Shown here: positions 35,586 to 44,059 of the stretch, one piece after another
Layout of the letters: the number at the start of each line of letters is the position of its first letter
Numbering within the stretch: the first letter of the stretch is position 1
Virus record (IMG/VR): IMGVR_UViG_3300045988_098743
Coordinates: 1-45,226 of that record
DNA length: 45,226 nucleotides
Strand: one strand, 5' to 3'
From: a virus
Program-made: the position numbers and the translations under genes
The notes under the pieces: generated by a model
Databases searched by the model: none
Told to the model about the DNA's origin: nothing
What the model saw: only the letters and a program-made list of their open reading frames with translations

Positions 35586-36182
35586 CTATTTATTTTCTTG
35601 TTTTAAAAAGTCTTCATACGTTTTAGGTTTATTTTGTTCATCATCTTTACCTTTACTTTCAGGTGGTTTTTGTTTAAATGAATTATTTAACCATGTTTCC
35701 TTATCTTTGCTTAAGTTAGTTGATAACAATTCTACCTTACTAAGTATTTCTTCTGCACTAGAATTTTTAAAATCAAATAAGTCAATATAATTTAATGGAA
35801 TACTTTTTTCGTTTAAGATTTTCATTGTTTCATCTTTTAATTCCCTAGCATTAACTTTTTCTTCTAATTCTTTAATTCTAGTATCTTTTTTAGCCATTTC
35901 TTCTTTAACTTTTTCAGCCTCAGATAATTTAGCTACTCTTTCAGCTTCAGTTTTCTCTGCTTCTAATTTAGCTTTATAATCGGTTTCCCATTTAGTTCTT
36001 GCAGTTTCTAAACTTTTAGCCACTCTTTTATCAAATTCACTTTGATAAGTTTTATCGCTTAATATTTCGTCAAATGTTAAAGGTTTTTCCTCTTTATCTT
36101 CAGGCTCACTAGTAACATTTTCCTTTTCATCAGCAAATAATTGGATATTTAATCTTAATCCTAGTTTTTGTTCCTCTTTCAT
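35586..36182 (-). CDS. scaffolding protein
   Basis: 198 aa, highly charged E/K coiled coil, immediately upstream of the capsid gene. Confidence 0.6.
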   Translation of the reverse strand: MKEEQKLGLRLNIQLFADEKENVTSEPEDKEEKPLTFDEILSDKTYQSEFDKRVAKSLETARTKWETDYKAKLEAEKTEAERVAKLSEAEKVKEEMAKKDTRIKELEEKVNARELKDETMKILNEKSIPLNYIDLFDFKNSSAEEILSKVELLSTNLSKDKETWLNNSFKQKPPESKGKDDEQNKPKTYEDFLKQENK

Positions 36183-36248
36183 TGTATTTCCTCCTTTACC
36201 CCAGCCTGTTGTTTTGCCCCCAAGCCATTGTATTTTTTAAACAAAAAA

Positions 36249-36271
36249 GAACCAAACATATCGTTTGGTCC
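36249..36271 (-). promoter_or_regulatory. hairpin plus U-tract in the leader between the late promoter and the scaffold gene (possible attenuator)
   Basis: ACCAAAC-GAUAU-GUUUGGU hairpin then UUCUUUUUUGUUU on the minus strand. Confidence 0.35.
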
Positions 36272-36303
36272 TCTGGGAACTCTGGTATTTCTTACCTAAA
36301 TAC

Positions 36304-36331
36304 ATTATAGCATATCTTTTCTTTTTGTCAA
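36304..36331 (-). promoter_or_regulatory. late structural-operon promoter TTGACA-N16-TGcTATAAT
   Basis: -35 TTGACA at 36331..36326, -10 TATAAT at 36309..36304. Confidence 0.6.
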
Positions 36332-36334
36332 TAA

Positions 36335-36360
36335 ACAAAAAACACCTAATTATAGGTGTT
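36335..36360 (-). terminator. strong intrinsic terminator ending the ORF-free transcription unit
   Basis: AACACCUA-UAAU-UAGGUGUU hairpin followed by UUUUGUUUA. Confidence 0.7.
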
Positions 36361-37444
36361 ATCTGTAATATGTAGAGATACATTTAAGCTACTAAACCGT
36401 ATCTCTTTTTTAATATTATGTGATAATGACGTGCATGTTTGAAGTTTTTCCTTTACTTATATTATTTACCTTTATGGTATACCACATCATTATCGCCTTG
36501 TAAGGAGTAAAGCACTAGTATCTTTAATAGATACTGTCTAATGATATATCTCCCTTTAATCAAGAATAAGATACACGTATCTAACATATATGCTCTTTGC
36601 AAAGATTTGGAGTTGGTGATTAAAGTCTTTTTACCTTAACTTGCGAACCATTTTCTCAACATATATGTATATCACTAGACACTATCTACTAAGATAGTGA
36701 ATTCCCGTACCAATAGGGAATTAAACAAACTCTTTAAAATATTTGAAGAACTAATTTAATAAATCAGTTCCAGTGCCTTATAGACACCATAGAATAGATA
36801 TAGACTACCGTTCTGGAGGTAATTACTCTCCGATTTACGTTTTCGTAGTCGCCCTAACGCTCGCTTTTATATCTACTCTATGCTACCTAAAAGAGATAGC
36901 ATTCCCTTTATGGGAATAAATTAACACATAATCACATATGATTGGTACTTTATAAGTACCTTAGAACAGATATATTGGATTTCTGAGCTTCAAATCTCCA
37001 CGGAACTTAGTCGACTTATAACCTTTCCCTCCTAAAGTTTTTATATATCCATTCTAAGCTACCTACAAGGTAGCCCACTACTTTATATTATTCACTTAAC
37101 ACCAGTGAAAGAATTAAGTTTTCATATATTTCATGTAGACGACTTAGTTCACTGTCTAGGGTATTAGTCGTTTTCCCTACCTTTAAACTAAGGCTTCATT
37201 ACTATTACTAGTGGCACTAGTGACTTCACGATGCCCATGCAAACACAGGATTTTATGTGTTTTCCTAGAGTAATATGCGTGTTTAATCAAATGTCTTATA
37301 AACACCTAGTAGTAAAGGATGGAATGTTATATATATAACGGTAGTACTAAGTAAGAATGTTGTCCTTTACTACGAGTTGCTTATAAGTGCTTTTTTAATC
37401 TAAAACACTCTTCAAAAAATATTTTTGCCTTATTTGTTATCGGC
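36361..37444 (-). ncRNA. candidate large structured noncoding RNA (~1.1 kb, GC-enriched, ORF-free) bracketed by a dedicated promoter and terminator
   Basis: - No ORF of 60 aa or more on either strand across 36183-37486.
- Locally raised GC.
- Many stem-loops, including two TTCCC...GGGAA hairpins, GGTACTT..AAGTACC and GCTACC..GGTAGC.
- Promoter copy 4 at 37451-37479 and the terminator at 36335-36360. Confidence 0.4.
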
Positions 37445-37450
37445 ATTATC

Positions 37451-37488
37451 ATTATATTATATTTTTAGTAAAATGTAAACACTTTTTT
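37451..37488 (-). promoter_or_regulatory. early-family promoter, copy 4 (AAAAAAGTGTTTACA-N17-TATAAT), firing into the ORF-free region
   Basis: -35 TTTACA at 37479..37474, -10 TATAAT at 37456..37451. Confidence 0.5.
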
Positions 37489-37885
37489 AAAATTTATTTC
37501 TTTTTGTATATTCTGGTTTTATTATTAGTTTTTTCTTTTTATTTCTTTCTCCACAATGTTCTCTTTCAAAATATGTTAAACAATCATCTATAAACCTTAT
37601 ACTTTGTATATCTAAATATCCTTGCCTATTTTCTTCTATCATTTTCATTGTTATGGCTTGAAATAACTCATTGTCCTTTGCTTCTATTAAATGCAAATAA
37701 GGATGAGAAGATTTGCCACATAAAATTGCTCCATTTTCACGTGTTATCTTCCCACCCTCACGGTTTGGTATTATTAAATGATGATATGTATATATGTCGT
37801 CTTTTTGCAGACTATACCCCATAAAATCATATCCTAATTCTTTTATCTTAAACTCTCTTAACATTAGAATAGTCGTTTGTTTCAA
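37487..37885 (-). CDS. HNH homing endonuclease
   Basis: YHHLIIPNREGG...NGAILCGKSSHPYLH HNH motif. Confidence 0.65.
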   Translation of the reverse strand: MKQTTILMLREFKIKELGYDFMGYSLQKDDIYTYHHLIIPNREGGKITRENGAILCGKSSHPYLHLIEAKDNELFQAITMKMIEENRQGYLDIQSIRFIDDCLTYFEREHCGERNKKKKLIIKPEYTKRNKF

Positions 37886-37900
37886 TTATATCACCAATTT

Positions 37901-37928
37901 AATTATATCACAGTCCGACTATGTGTCA
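37901..37928 (-). promoter_or_regulatory. consensus promoter TTGACA-N16-TGaTATAAT upstream of the HNH gene
   Basis: -35 at 37928..37923, -10 at 37906..37901; the spacer contains CATAGTCGGACTGTGA. Confidence 0.55.
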
Positions 37929-37971
37929 AATTAAAACCTAGGGCTTCAAAAGTTTCCTAGGCATTTAATTA

Positions 37972-38000
37972 CATTATACTATGGTTTTATTTTTTGTCAA
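37972..38000 (-). promoter_or_regulatory. second consensus promoter TTGACA-N17-TATAAT in tandem
   Basis: -35 at 38000..37995, -10 at 37977..37972. Confidence 0.5.
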
Positions 38001-38089
38001 TCTTTACTATCTTTTTACATTTATAACATTTTATTTCTATAGTACCTTTAAAATTACCTTTAAATAATAATTTATGACAATGTGGACAT

Positions 38090-38782
38090 CTAGTTTCCTG
38101 CATTTTCCACCTCGACATACTCAAAATGATAACCTTTGCAACTTTTAAATCCATATTCTTTTTTTAATACTCTCATAATTGTTCTTCTATCAACTCCTAA
38201 TTTTTCCGACACATCTCTCGTTCCTCTATATATCTTATTATTTTCTAAGCATTTAATTAATTTTATTTTTCTTGTAACCTTTATTTTATTTCTAAAACTA
38301 TCATCAAATGTTTTTCCTTTATTCGGTGATATTCTTCCTGTTGCTTTTTTAGACATCATTTCTCTATAACCTGGTTGTTGCCATACTTTTTTAGCACTAT
38401 CACTCATTTTCTTTCTTATTTCTTTTGTATATATTAGTGGTTTCCTATTTGTTTTTTGTTTTTCTATTTGTTCTTTAGTGTGTTTATACCCCTTAGAACT
38501 TTCTCCACCCTTTGATAAATTATAACCATATAATGGATTTGATGTATTATATTTGGCGATTAATTCTATTTCTTTTTGTTTTGCTTCTTTTTCGGTTAAA
38601 TTTTCAAATAAAATAATATGTTTTATATTATTCCAACCATACTTTTTTATCGCACTTTCAAAATGCTTATTATTAGAATATCCGTTTCCACTTCTCCACC
38701 GATTATTTGGATTTATTTTTGACGTTATTCCTATATAATATTTATTATTAGGAGTTTTGTGCATATAAACTATATATTTCAT
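38090..38782 (-). CDS. GIY-YIG homing endonuclease with NUMOD-type DNA-binding repeats
   Basis: KYIVYMHKTPNNKYYIGITS GIY-YIG, NNRWRSG, catalytic E region, C-terminal KGYKHTKEQIEK / SPNKGKTF repeats. Confidence 0.8.
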   Translation of the reverse strand: MKYIVYMHKTPNNKYYIGITSKINPNNRWRSGNGYSNNKHFESAIKKYGWNNIKHIILFENLTEKEAKQKEIELIAKYNTSNPLYGYNLSKGGESSKGYKHTKEQIEKQKTNRKPLIYTKEIRKKMSDSAKKVWQQPGYREMMSKKATGRISPNKGKTFDDSFRNKIKVTRKIKLIKCLENNKIYRGTRDVSEKLGVDRRTIMRVLKKEYGFKSCKGYHFEYVEVENAGN

Positions 38783-38793
38783 AATATCACCTT

Positions 38794-39762
38794 TTATTTT
38801 TTTGTATTTTTACTTAATTTGTTTCTTACATCATCTTCAGTCGTTTTATCTAAATGATAAATTATAGTAGAACGGCAGTAATGGAACGAGTCTTGAATCG
38901 GTGGTAAGTTAACGCCTGGTATCATTCCATATACTCTTAATCTTACCATTGCCTCATTAGTAGCACTATATCTTTTGAATGTATTCCAATCGTGTACATT
39001 AAATATTTGCCCATCTAGGCTTTTGCACATTTTAGTTGTTACTTTATCCTCTACTGCTATAAACTTACATTTTTGTATATTATATTCATTATAACATTCT
39101 AATTTAACTGTATTAGCTATGTATATTGTTTCATTATCTAATGCACCACTTATCTTATTACCATTTATACTTATTAGTCTTTTGTTTTGCTTATTAAACA
39201 ATTTTTTAAAGGCTTTATCATTAACATCTAATGGTTTGTTTTGTCTTAATCTGTTTATACATAAATTATATAGCTCATTTACGTTATATTCTGTATTAGT
39301 ATCATTATACACTTGCCATATATAACCCTTACTATTCGGACTATTAATAGCCTTATTTACTATATCATCTACATTTATTTTTTTTTTGGCTATATCTCCT
39401 AATTCTTTTCTTGTAGTTTTATATATATCTTGTGCTACATTATTAAATAAAACCATTTCTAATTGCAATGCTTTATATTGTTGGTAAGCATATATCATAA
39501 ATAAATCAAACCAAAATAAATCTCTTTTCTTTATACGACGCATTTTAAGGTATCTATTAGCCTTGTATTTGCCATAATCAGATAAATACTCATAATGGTT
39601 ATGAATACGCCTCTTAAACCAATTTAATTCAGTTTCAGAGGCATTTCCATCCATATTCTCTATGCCATTAAATATATTTTGAAATTCATCCAGTGTATTT
39701 TTATTTTCTTTGTGGAATTTATTACTAAAACTTTTTAATTCTTTATCGGTATTCTCCCACAT
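38794..39762 (-). CDS. head morphogenesis protein (SPP1 gp7 / Mu F-like)
   Basis: 322 aa immediately after the portal gene; family assignment by pattern only. Confidence 0.55.
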   Translation of the reverse strand: MWENTDKELKSFSNKFHKENKNTLDEFQNIFNGIENMDGNASETELNWFKRRIHNHYEYLSDYGKYKANRYLKMRRIKKRDLFWFDLFMIYAYQQYKALQLEMVLFNNVAQDIYKTTRKELGDIAKKKINVDDIVNKAINSPNSKGYIWQVYNDTNTEYNVNELYNLCINRLRQNKPLDVNDKAFKKLFNKQNKRLISINGNKISGALDNETIYIANTVKLECYNEYNIQKCKFIAVEDKVTTKMCKSLDGQIFNVHDWNTFKRYSATNEAMVRLRVYGMIPGVNLPPIQDSFHYCRSTIIYHLDKTTEDDVRNKLSKNTKK

Positions 39763-39773
39763 TTACATCACCA

Positions 39774-41306
39774 CTATTCTTCTTGTTTTTGTTCTTTCTT
39801 CTCAAATGGGTTTTCTTGTTTTACTTCCTGTTCTGTTGCTTGTTGTGGTTGTTTTTCATTTCCTTGCTGGTCTTGTTCATCTTGTTGCTGATAATCTAAT
39901 ACATTATTCATATTATTTTCAAAGTTTTCTTCGGCTTCTTCATCCATTTTAGCCTTTTCAGACCTATAATTATAACCTAACTTTTCTATAATAGTTTGAT
40001 TTGATATAGTATCTTTTAATTTTAATAAGCTATCTATTTTCTCATCATCATTTGCTGGTAAGTTTTTAGGTATATCTATATCTATATCTCTATAATCAAA
40101 ATTAGTATTCTTTTTAATATTTATTCTTTCAAATATAATTTCCCAACGTTTTAATAATGCCCTTTTAATCTGCTTAACTGCATTTGTAGTAGCCATATTC
40201 ATTATATAGAACTTTCTATCAATGGCACTTGCATTTAAGTCTGTACTATTAAACGCTAAGTCACTCGTGTTTGGTATACCTGATAATTGGAATATTAAAT
40301 CCACATATATTTTCAATACGCTTTCTATTCCACTTGCATCAATTGCTTTAGTTATCCAAGCGACATCACCATTTCCATCAGGTGTAAAGAATACTCCCAT
40401 ATTTCTTATTGCCTCAACTTCTTGCTTATAAGCAGGGTTATTTATTAAATTGCCATTCTCATCTCTTATTACTGGGTCATTTATAGGTGTATATCCTACT
40501 ACCTTTAACATAGCATCATCGTTGTACTGATATACATTTCTTGTATTTTGTATTAATTGTTCATATGCCCTTATTAAATCTTCACAAGGTTCAAATAAAG
40601 CAAAATCGCTTTCTACTGCTATTGCTGGTACTTGCCCCCAATTATGGTTCTCATTATCTTCTTCTTTTACTTCTTGTGTCATATTATTCATTGCATATGT
40701 TCTAGTGCCGTTTTTATCTGTTATTTCGACTTTTTTTATTAACCCACCTTTTATTGTTTCTTCATCCCATTTACGTATTAAACCCCTTAAATGGTCATCT
40801 GTTGGTAATTCATACCCCCATACTGCTACTGTCTGTAGTGGATCATAATTAACATATCTTATTTCATTGTCTTCATCTTCATACATTAATTGATAACAAC
40901 CTGTTAGTTCGAATAAGTTATGAAATAATTCATACGTTTGTGCTCCATCGTCATTATAATCAGTTATGTACTTAATTATAATTTCCATAGACTGCTTATA
41001 ATCTTCATCTCCTACTTCTCTATCTAGTAGTTTTTTTATTAATTCTTTTTTTTCTTCGTCTTGAGTATCATTAACTGTATATGTTGGCGCTCCTGCTGTA
41101 TATCCTGTTGCTAAATCAGTTAAAAACTTTTCAAATGTTATTTTAGTATTATCATTATCTTTGCTCCACAATAATGTTCTATCATCAGCATACCTAGAAT
41201 ATCTATCATGCAATCTTCTTCTTTTATCTAATATTGGCTCTATTCTGTTAATTAATGCAGGTATATCCTCTTTTGTTATTTCTTCTATATTAGCAATTTT
41301 TAGCAT
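39774..41306 (-). CDS. portal protein (SPP1-type)
   Basis: 510 aa, directly downstream of the large terminase; acidic Q/E-rich C-terminus. Confidence 0.75.
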   Translation of the reverse strand: MLKIANIEEITKEDIPALINRIEPILDKRRRLHDRYSRYADDRTLLWSKDNDNTKITFEKFLTDLATGYTAGAPTYTVNDTQDEEKKELIKKLLDREVGDEDYKQSMEIIIKYITDYNDDGAQTYELFHNLFELTGCYQLMYEDEDNEIRYVNYDPLQTVAVWGYELPTDDHLRGLIRKWDEETIKGGLIKKVEITDKNGTRTYAMNNMTQEVKEEDNENHNWGQVPAIAVESDFALFEPCEDLIRAYEQLIQNTRNVYQYNDDAMLKVVGYTPINDPVIRDENGNLINNPAYKQEVEAIRNMGVFFTPDGNGDVAWITKAIDASGIESVLKIYVDLIFQLSGIPNTSDLAFNSTDLNASAIDRKFYIMNMATTNAVKQIKRALLKRWEIIFERINIKKNTNFDYRDIDIDIPKNLPANDDEKIDSLLKLKDTISNQTIIEKLGYNYRSEKAKMDEEAEENFENNMNNVLDYQQQDEQDQQGNEKQPQQATEQEVKQENPFEKKEQKQEE

Positions 41307-41316
41307 TTCATTCCTC

Positions 41317-42579
41317 CTATACTATCTTTCTAAACCCAAATGTCATTCTATTATTATTAGTATAATCTTCTATTGCATATCTAGTTGCATCTATACTATG
41401 GTTATTAACATCTGGATACTTGCTTTTAAATTCACCAAATTTGTCTTTCTCATATTCGTATAGGCTAAATTCTCTTGTTGTGTTTGGACATTTTTCATCA
41501 TCTATAACTATTTTTTCTAGGCTTTGTAAATATCTAATGCCATAATCTATGCTATCAGGTCCTTTTTTTGCGCCTTTTACTCTTAAACCTAATGTTCTTA
41601 ATTCATCAATAGATTTTGGCTCAGCACTATCACAAGTTATAAACCCTTGTCCTACTTTTATTTTCTTTATTTCTTGTGCTAATCTTGCATTGCTTAAGTT
41701 TGTTTTATAAATTTCATTAAAAATATACAATGTTTTTCTCGTTTTGTCAAAATAGCATTGTACATAACAGGCTGGGTCTACTGCATATCCAAAGTCTAAC
41801 CCATCTATTATATTATCAAAATGTTTCTTTTCTTCATTTGTTATACTTCTTAATTCTAGGTTAGTAAATATAGCCCCACCAGTTCCAGTAGCTTCACCTA
41901 AATATTCATTTCTATATGCTAATTCATTTGTTTTCTTTAAATGTTCTGCTTCTAAAAAGAATTGTTCTCCTAACCACTCTTTAGGTACTGTCAAGTATGT
42001 AGAAGTATGCAATAACTTATCAGGTCTTTTTTCTAATGCTTCTGCATTAACCCAGTTATTAACTGACTTAGGTGGGTTGTATGAATAAAATACAATATAC
42101 TCGCTTCCACCACGCATAAATGTTTGGTTTATATTTCTTATTTCTTCCATACCAAAGAACTCACTAGCTTCTTCATACCATATGTATTTGCAATAACCTA
42201 TTTTGAATTTAGTTGATTTTAATTTTAAAGGGTCATCTGCACCTCTAAATATAATCTTTTGTCCTGTTGGTAAATAAACCATTTCCATTGGTGATTTGCT
42301 TACTTTCCAATATTGTTCTACTCCTAGCTTATGTATACCCCATAATAACTGGTTATACACACTATCATACAACGTATTAGCAACTTTTCTTAGTACAACT
42401 GCATTTGTCCTTTTTCCATTCTGTGCGTCAAGCATTATATTATATGGTAATTCTATACCGATAAAGGAAGATTTACAACTAGCACGCCCTCCTTTCAACC
42501 ATATATGTGTATATTTACATTCTTTCACTGCATTGTGTACTTCATAAAAAGATGGTGCAACAGCGTCTGTTAAATTCAC
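41317..42579 (-). CDS. terL: terminase large subunit (PBSX/XtmB family)
   Basis: N-terminal Walker A KGGRASCKSS, 420 aa, nuclease-domain acidic residues in the C-terminal half. Confidence 0.85.
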   Translation of the reverse strand: MNLTDAVAPSFYEVHNAVKECKYTHIWLKGGRASCKSSFIGIELPYNIMLDAQNGKRTNAVVLRKVANTLYDSVYNQLLWGIHKLGVEQYWKVSKSPMEMVYLPTGQKIIFRGADDPLKLKSTKFKIGYCKYIWYEEASEFFGMEEIRNINQTFMRGGSEYIVFYSYNPPKSVNNWVNAEALEKRPDKLLHTSTYLTVPKEWLGEQFFLEAEHLKKTNELAYRNEYLGEATGTGGAIFTNLELRSITNEEKKHFDNIIDGLDFGYAVDPACYVQCYFDKTRKTLYIFNEIYKTNLSNARLAQEIKKIKVGQGFITCDSAEPKSIDELRTLGLRVKGAKKGPDSIDYGIRYLQSLEKIVIDDEKCPNTTREFSLYEYEKDKFGEFKSKYPDVNNHSIDATRYAIEDYTNNNRMTFGFRKIV

Positions 42580-42593
42580 TTTTACATCATCTC

Positions 42594-42962
42594 CTATTCT
42601 TTAGGTACATCATCATTTATTTTAGGTACCTGTGTTACTTGTACTTGTTGTGTTATTCCCTCCCCAATTGTGTCTCTTATACTATTAAATGCACTTACGC
42701 TACTCTTACCACCACTTAAGGCTGTTTGATACATTTTTATTATCATTGCCATTTGGTTTGTCATTTCGCTTTCTTCTATTCCTAACTCACTTAATTGCTT
42801 TTTTGCTTTTTCGTTTTTTAATGGCAAACTTAGTAATAATTCCATTTGTTCTTTTATTGCTTTTCGCTTTTTCCTAGACTCTGCACTAGCTAATCCACCT
42901 TTCTTGGCTTCTTCTCGGCTTAATTTATATTCACAAGGTTTTAAATTTTGCTCATTAGCCAT
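42594..42962 (-). CDS. putative terminase small subunit
   Basis: 122 aa basic protein immediately upstream of terL; by position only. Confidence 0.35.
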   Translation of the reverse strand: MANEQNLKPCEYKLSREEAKKGGLASAESRKKRKAIKEQMELLLSLPLKNEKAKKQLSELGIEESEMTNQMAMIIKMYQTALSGGKSSVSAFNSIRDTIGEGITQQVQVTQVPKINDDVPKE

Positions 42963-43162
42963 TATTTCTTATCATCCTTTGTGAACTCTTTTTTAAACTC
43001 TTTAATAAAAGAATTAATTGTTATTTTGGCTATTATACTAGTTATTATATAAAATATTATTTGCCCCCATAATGGGCATAATACTAATACCCAACTTATG
43101 TTTATTACGTGTGTTAGTTTTAATGCTATTAATAGTAATGTTAATAGGTTTAAAAAGTTCAT
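42962..43162 (-). CDS. small membrane protein (66 aa)
   Basis: Two hydrophobic helices. Confidence 0.4.
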   Translation of the reverse strand: MNFLNLLTLLLIALKLTHVINISWVLVLCPLWGQIIFYIITSIIAKITINSFIKEFKKEFTKDDKK

Positions 43163-43374
43163 TGTTTTATCCTCCCTGTTCTATATTCTTTGTATAAACT
43201 GCTTTTTATTAATTTGTCTGCACTTATATTCACAGTTAATAATTCATCTGGTTGTATTGTAAAAGTTATATACATTTCTTTGCAATCTTTTTTTAATAAA
43301 TTCATAATGTCTATTTTATTATCGTCTATTGCATTATGTATACTATTTATTATATCTTGTAATTCTCTTTCCAT
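43159..43374 (-). CDS. hypothetical protein (71 aa)
   Basis: ORF track. Confidence 0.4.
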   Translation of the reverse strand: MERELQDIINSIHNAIDDNKIDIMNLLKKDCKEMYITFTIQPDELLTVNISADKLIKSSLYKEYRTGRIKQ

Positions 43375-43376
43375 TT

Positions 43377-43727
43377 TTATTTCTCCTTAAAATATTTTTT
43401 TACTATGTTATTTATTATATCAAAACTATTAGCAACTATATCTGCTACCATTTCACCATCGAATGTTTTATCTTCATGTGTTATGTATTCTGCTATATAA
43501 CAATGTGTTAATTCGTGTAATAATGTTTTTCTTTTTCTATCTTTTGGTAAAGTAGCATCTAAATATATTTTGCTAGTGTAATGATGTGATGCTCCAAAGT
43601 AAATTCCATTTTTTGTGTCTGATGGATCACATCCTGTATCTTCATCTTCTTTAAGTCTTAACTCTTTATATTCGGTTTGGCTTACTTCTCTTATTTCATA
43701 TTCTATTCCATTTAATTCTATTTTCAT
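43377..43727 (-). CDS. putative HExxH zinc metallopeptidase (ImmA/IrrE- or SprT-like)
   Basis: TLLHELTHCY motif. Confidence 0.45.
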   Translation of the reverse strand: MKIELNGIEYEIREVSQTEYKELRLKEDEDTGCDPSDTKNGIYFGASHHYTSKIYLDATLPKDRKRKTLLHELTHCYIAEYITHEDKTFDGEMVADIVANSFDIINNIVKKYFKEK

Positions 43728-43829
43728 ATATTCTCCTTTTTATTTGGCAGAGGTTCTAGGTTATGCTCCCAGTTCTTCGGATTTGGAGCCCGATATTTTT
43801 CTAATTAAACTAAACCTCTATAAAGCATC

Positions 43830-44057
43830 TTATTGATGCTTACTTAATTCTTTTCTCTTTTCTTCTATCGCTTTTTCTAGGATATCTTTATCATAATAAG
43901 TTTCATTTATGCCTTTTTTTACATTTCCATTTGTAAAAGATATATATCCATAATATCCTATTGGCACTCCTTGGCAATCATAAAAAGTTATCCCATCTTT
44001 TCCTTGTACTTTTACAAAACCTAAATCTTCAAATATTCTATCTGTTTCTGTTTTCAT
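43830..44057 (-). CDS. hypothetical protein (75 aa)
   Basis: ORF track. Confidence 0.45.
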   Translation of the reverse strand: MKTETDRIFEDLGFVKVQGKDGITFYDCQGVPIGYYGYISFTNGNVKKGINETYYDKDILEKAIEEKRKELSKHQ

Positions 44058-44059
44058 AT

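Noticed and set aside
36183-37486. Group II or group I intron explanation for the ORF-free region
   Set aside because: - It is intergenic rather than interrupting a gene.
- No GUGYG 5' end or domain-V-like AGCCGUAU...ACGGUUC near the 3' end.
- Both homing endonuclease genes are free-standing outside it.
- Its own promoter and terminator bracket it.
43728-43829. tRNA 3' fragment / attP core
   Set aside because: - No GGTTCGAATCC-like T-arm.
- No CCA-proximal acceptor strand.
- No integrase gene anywhere in the window.
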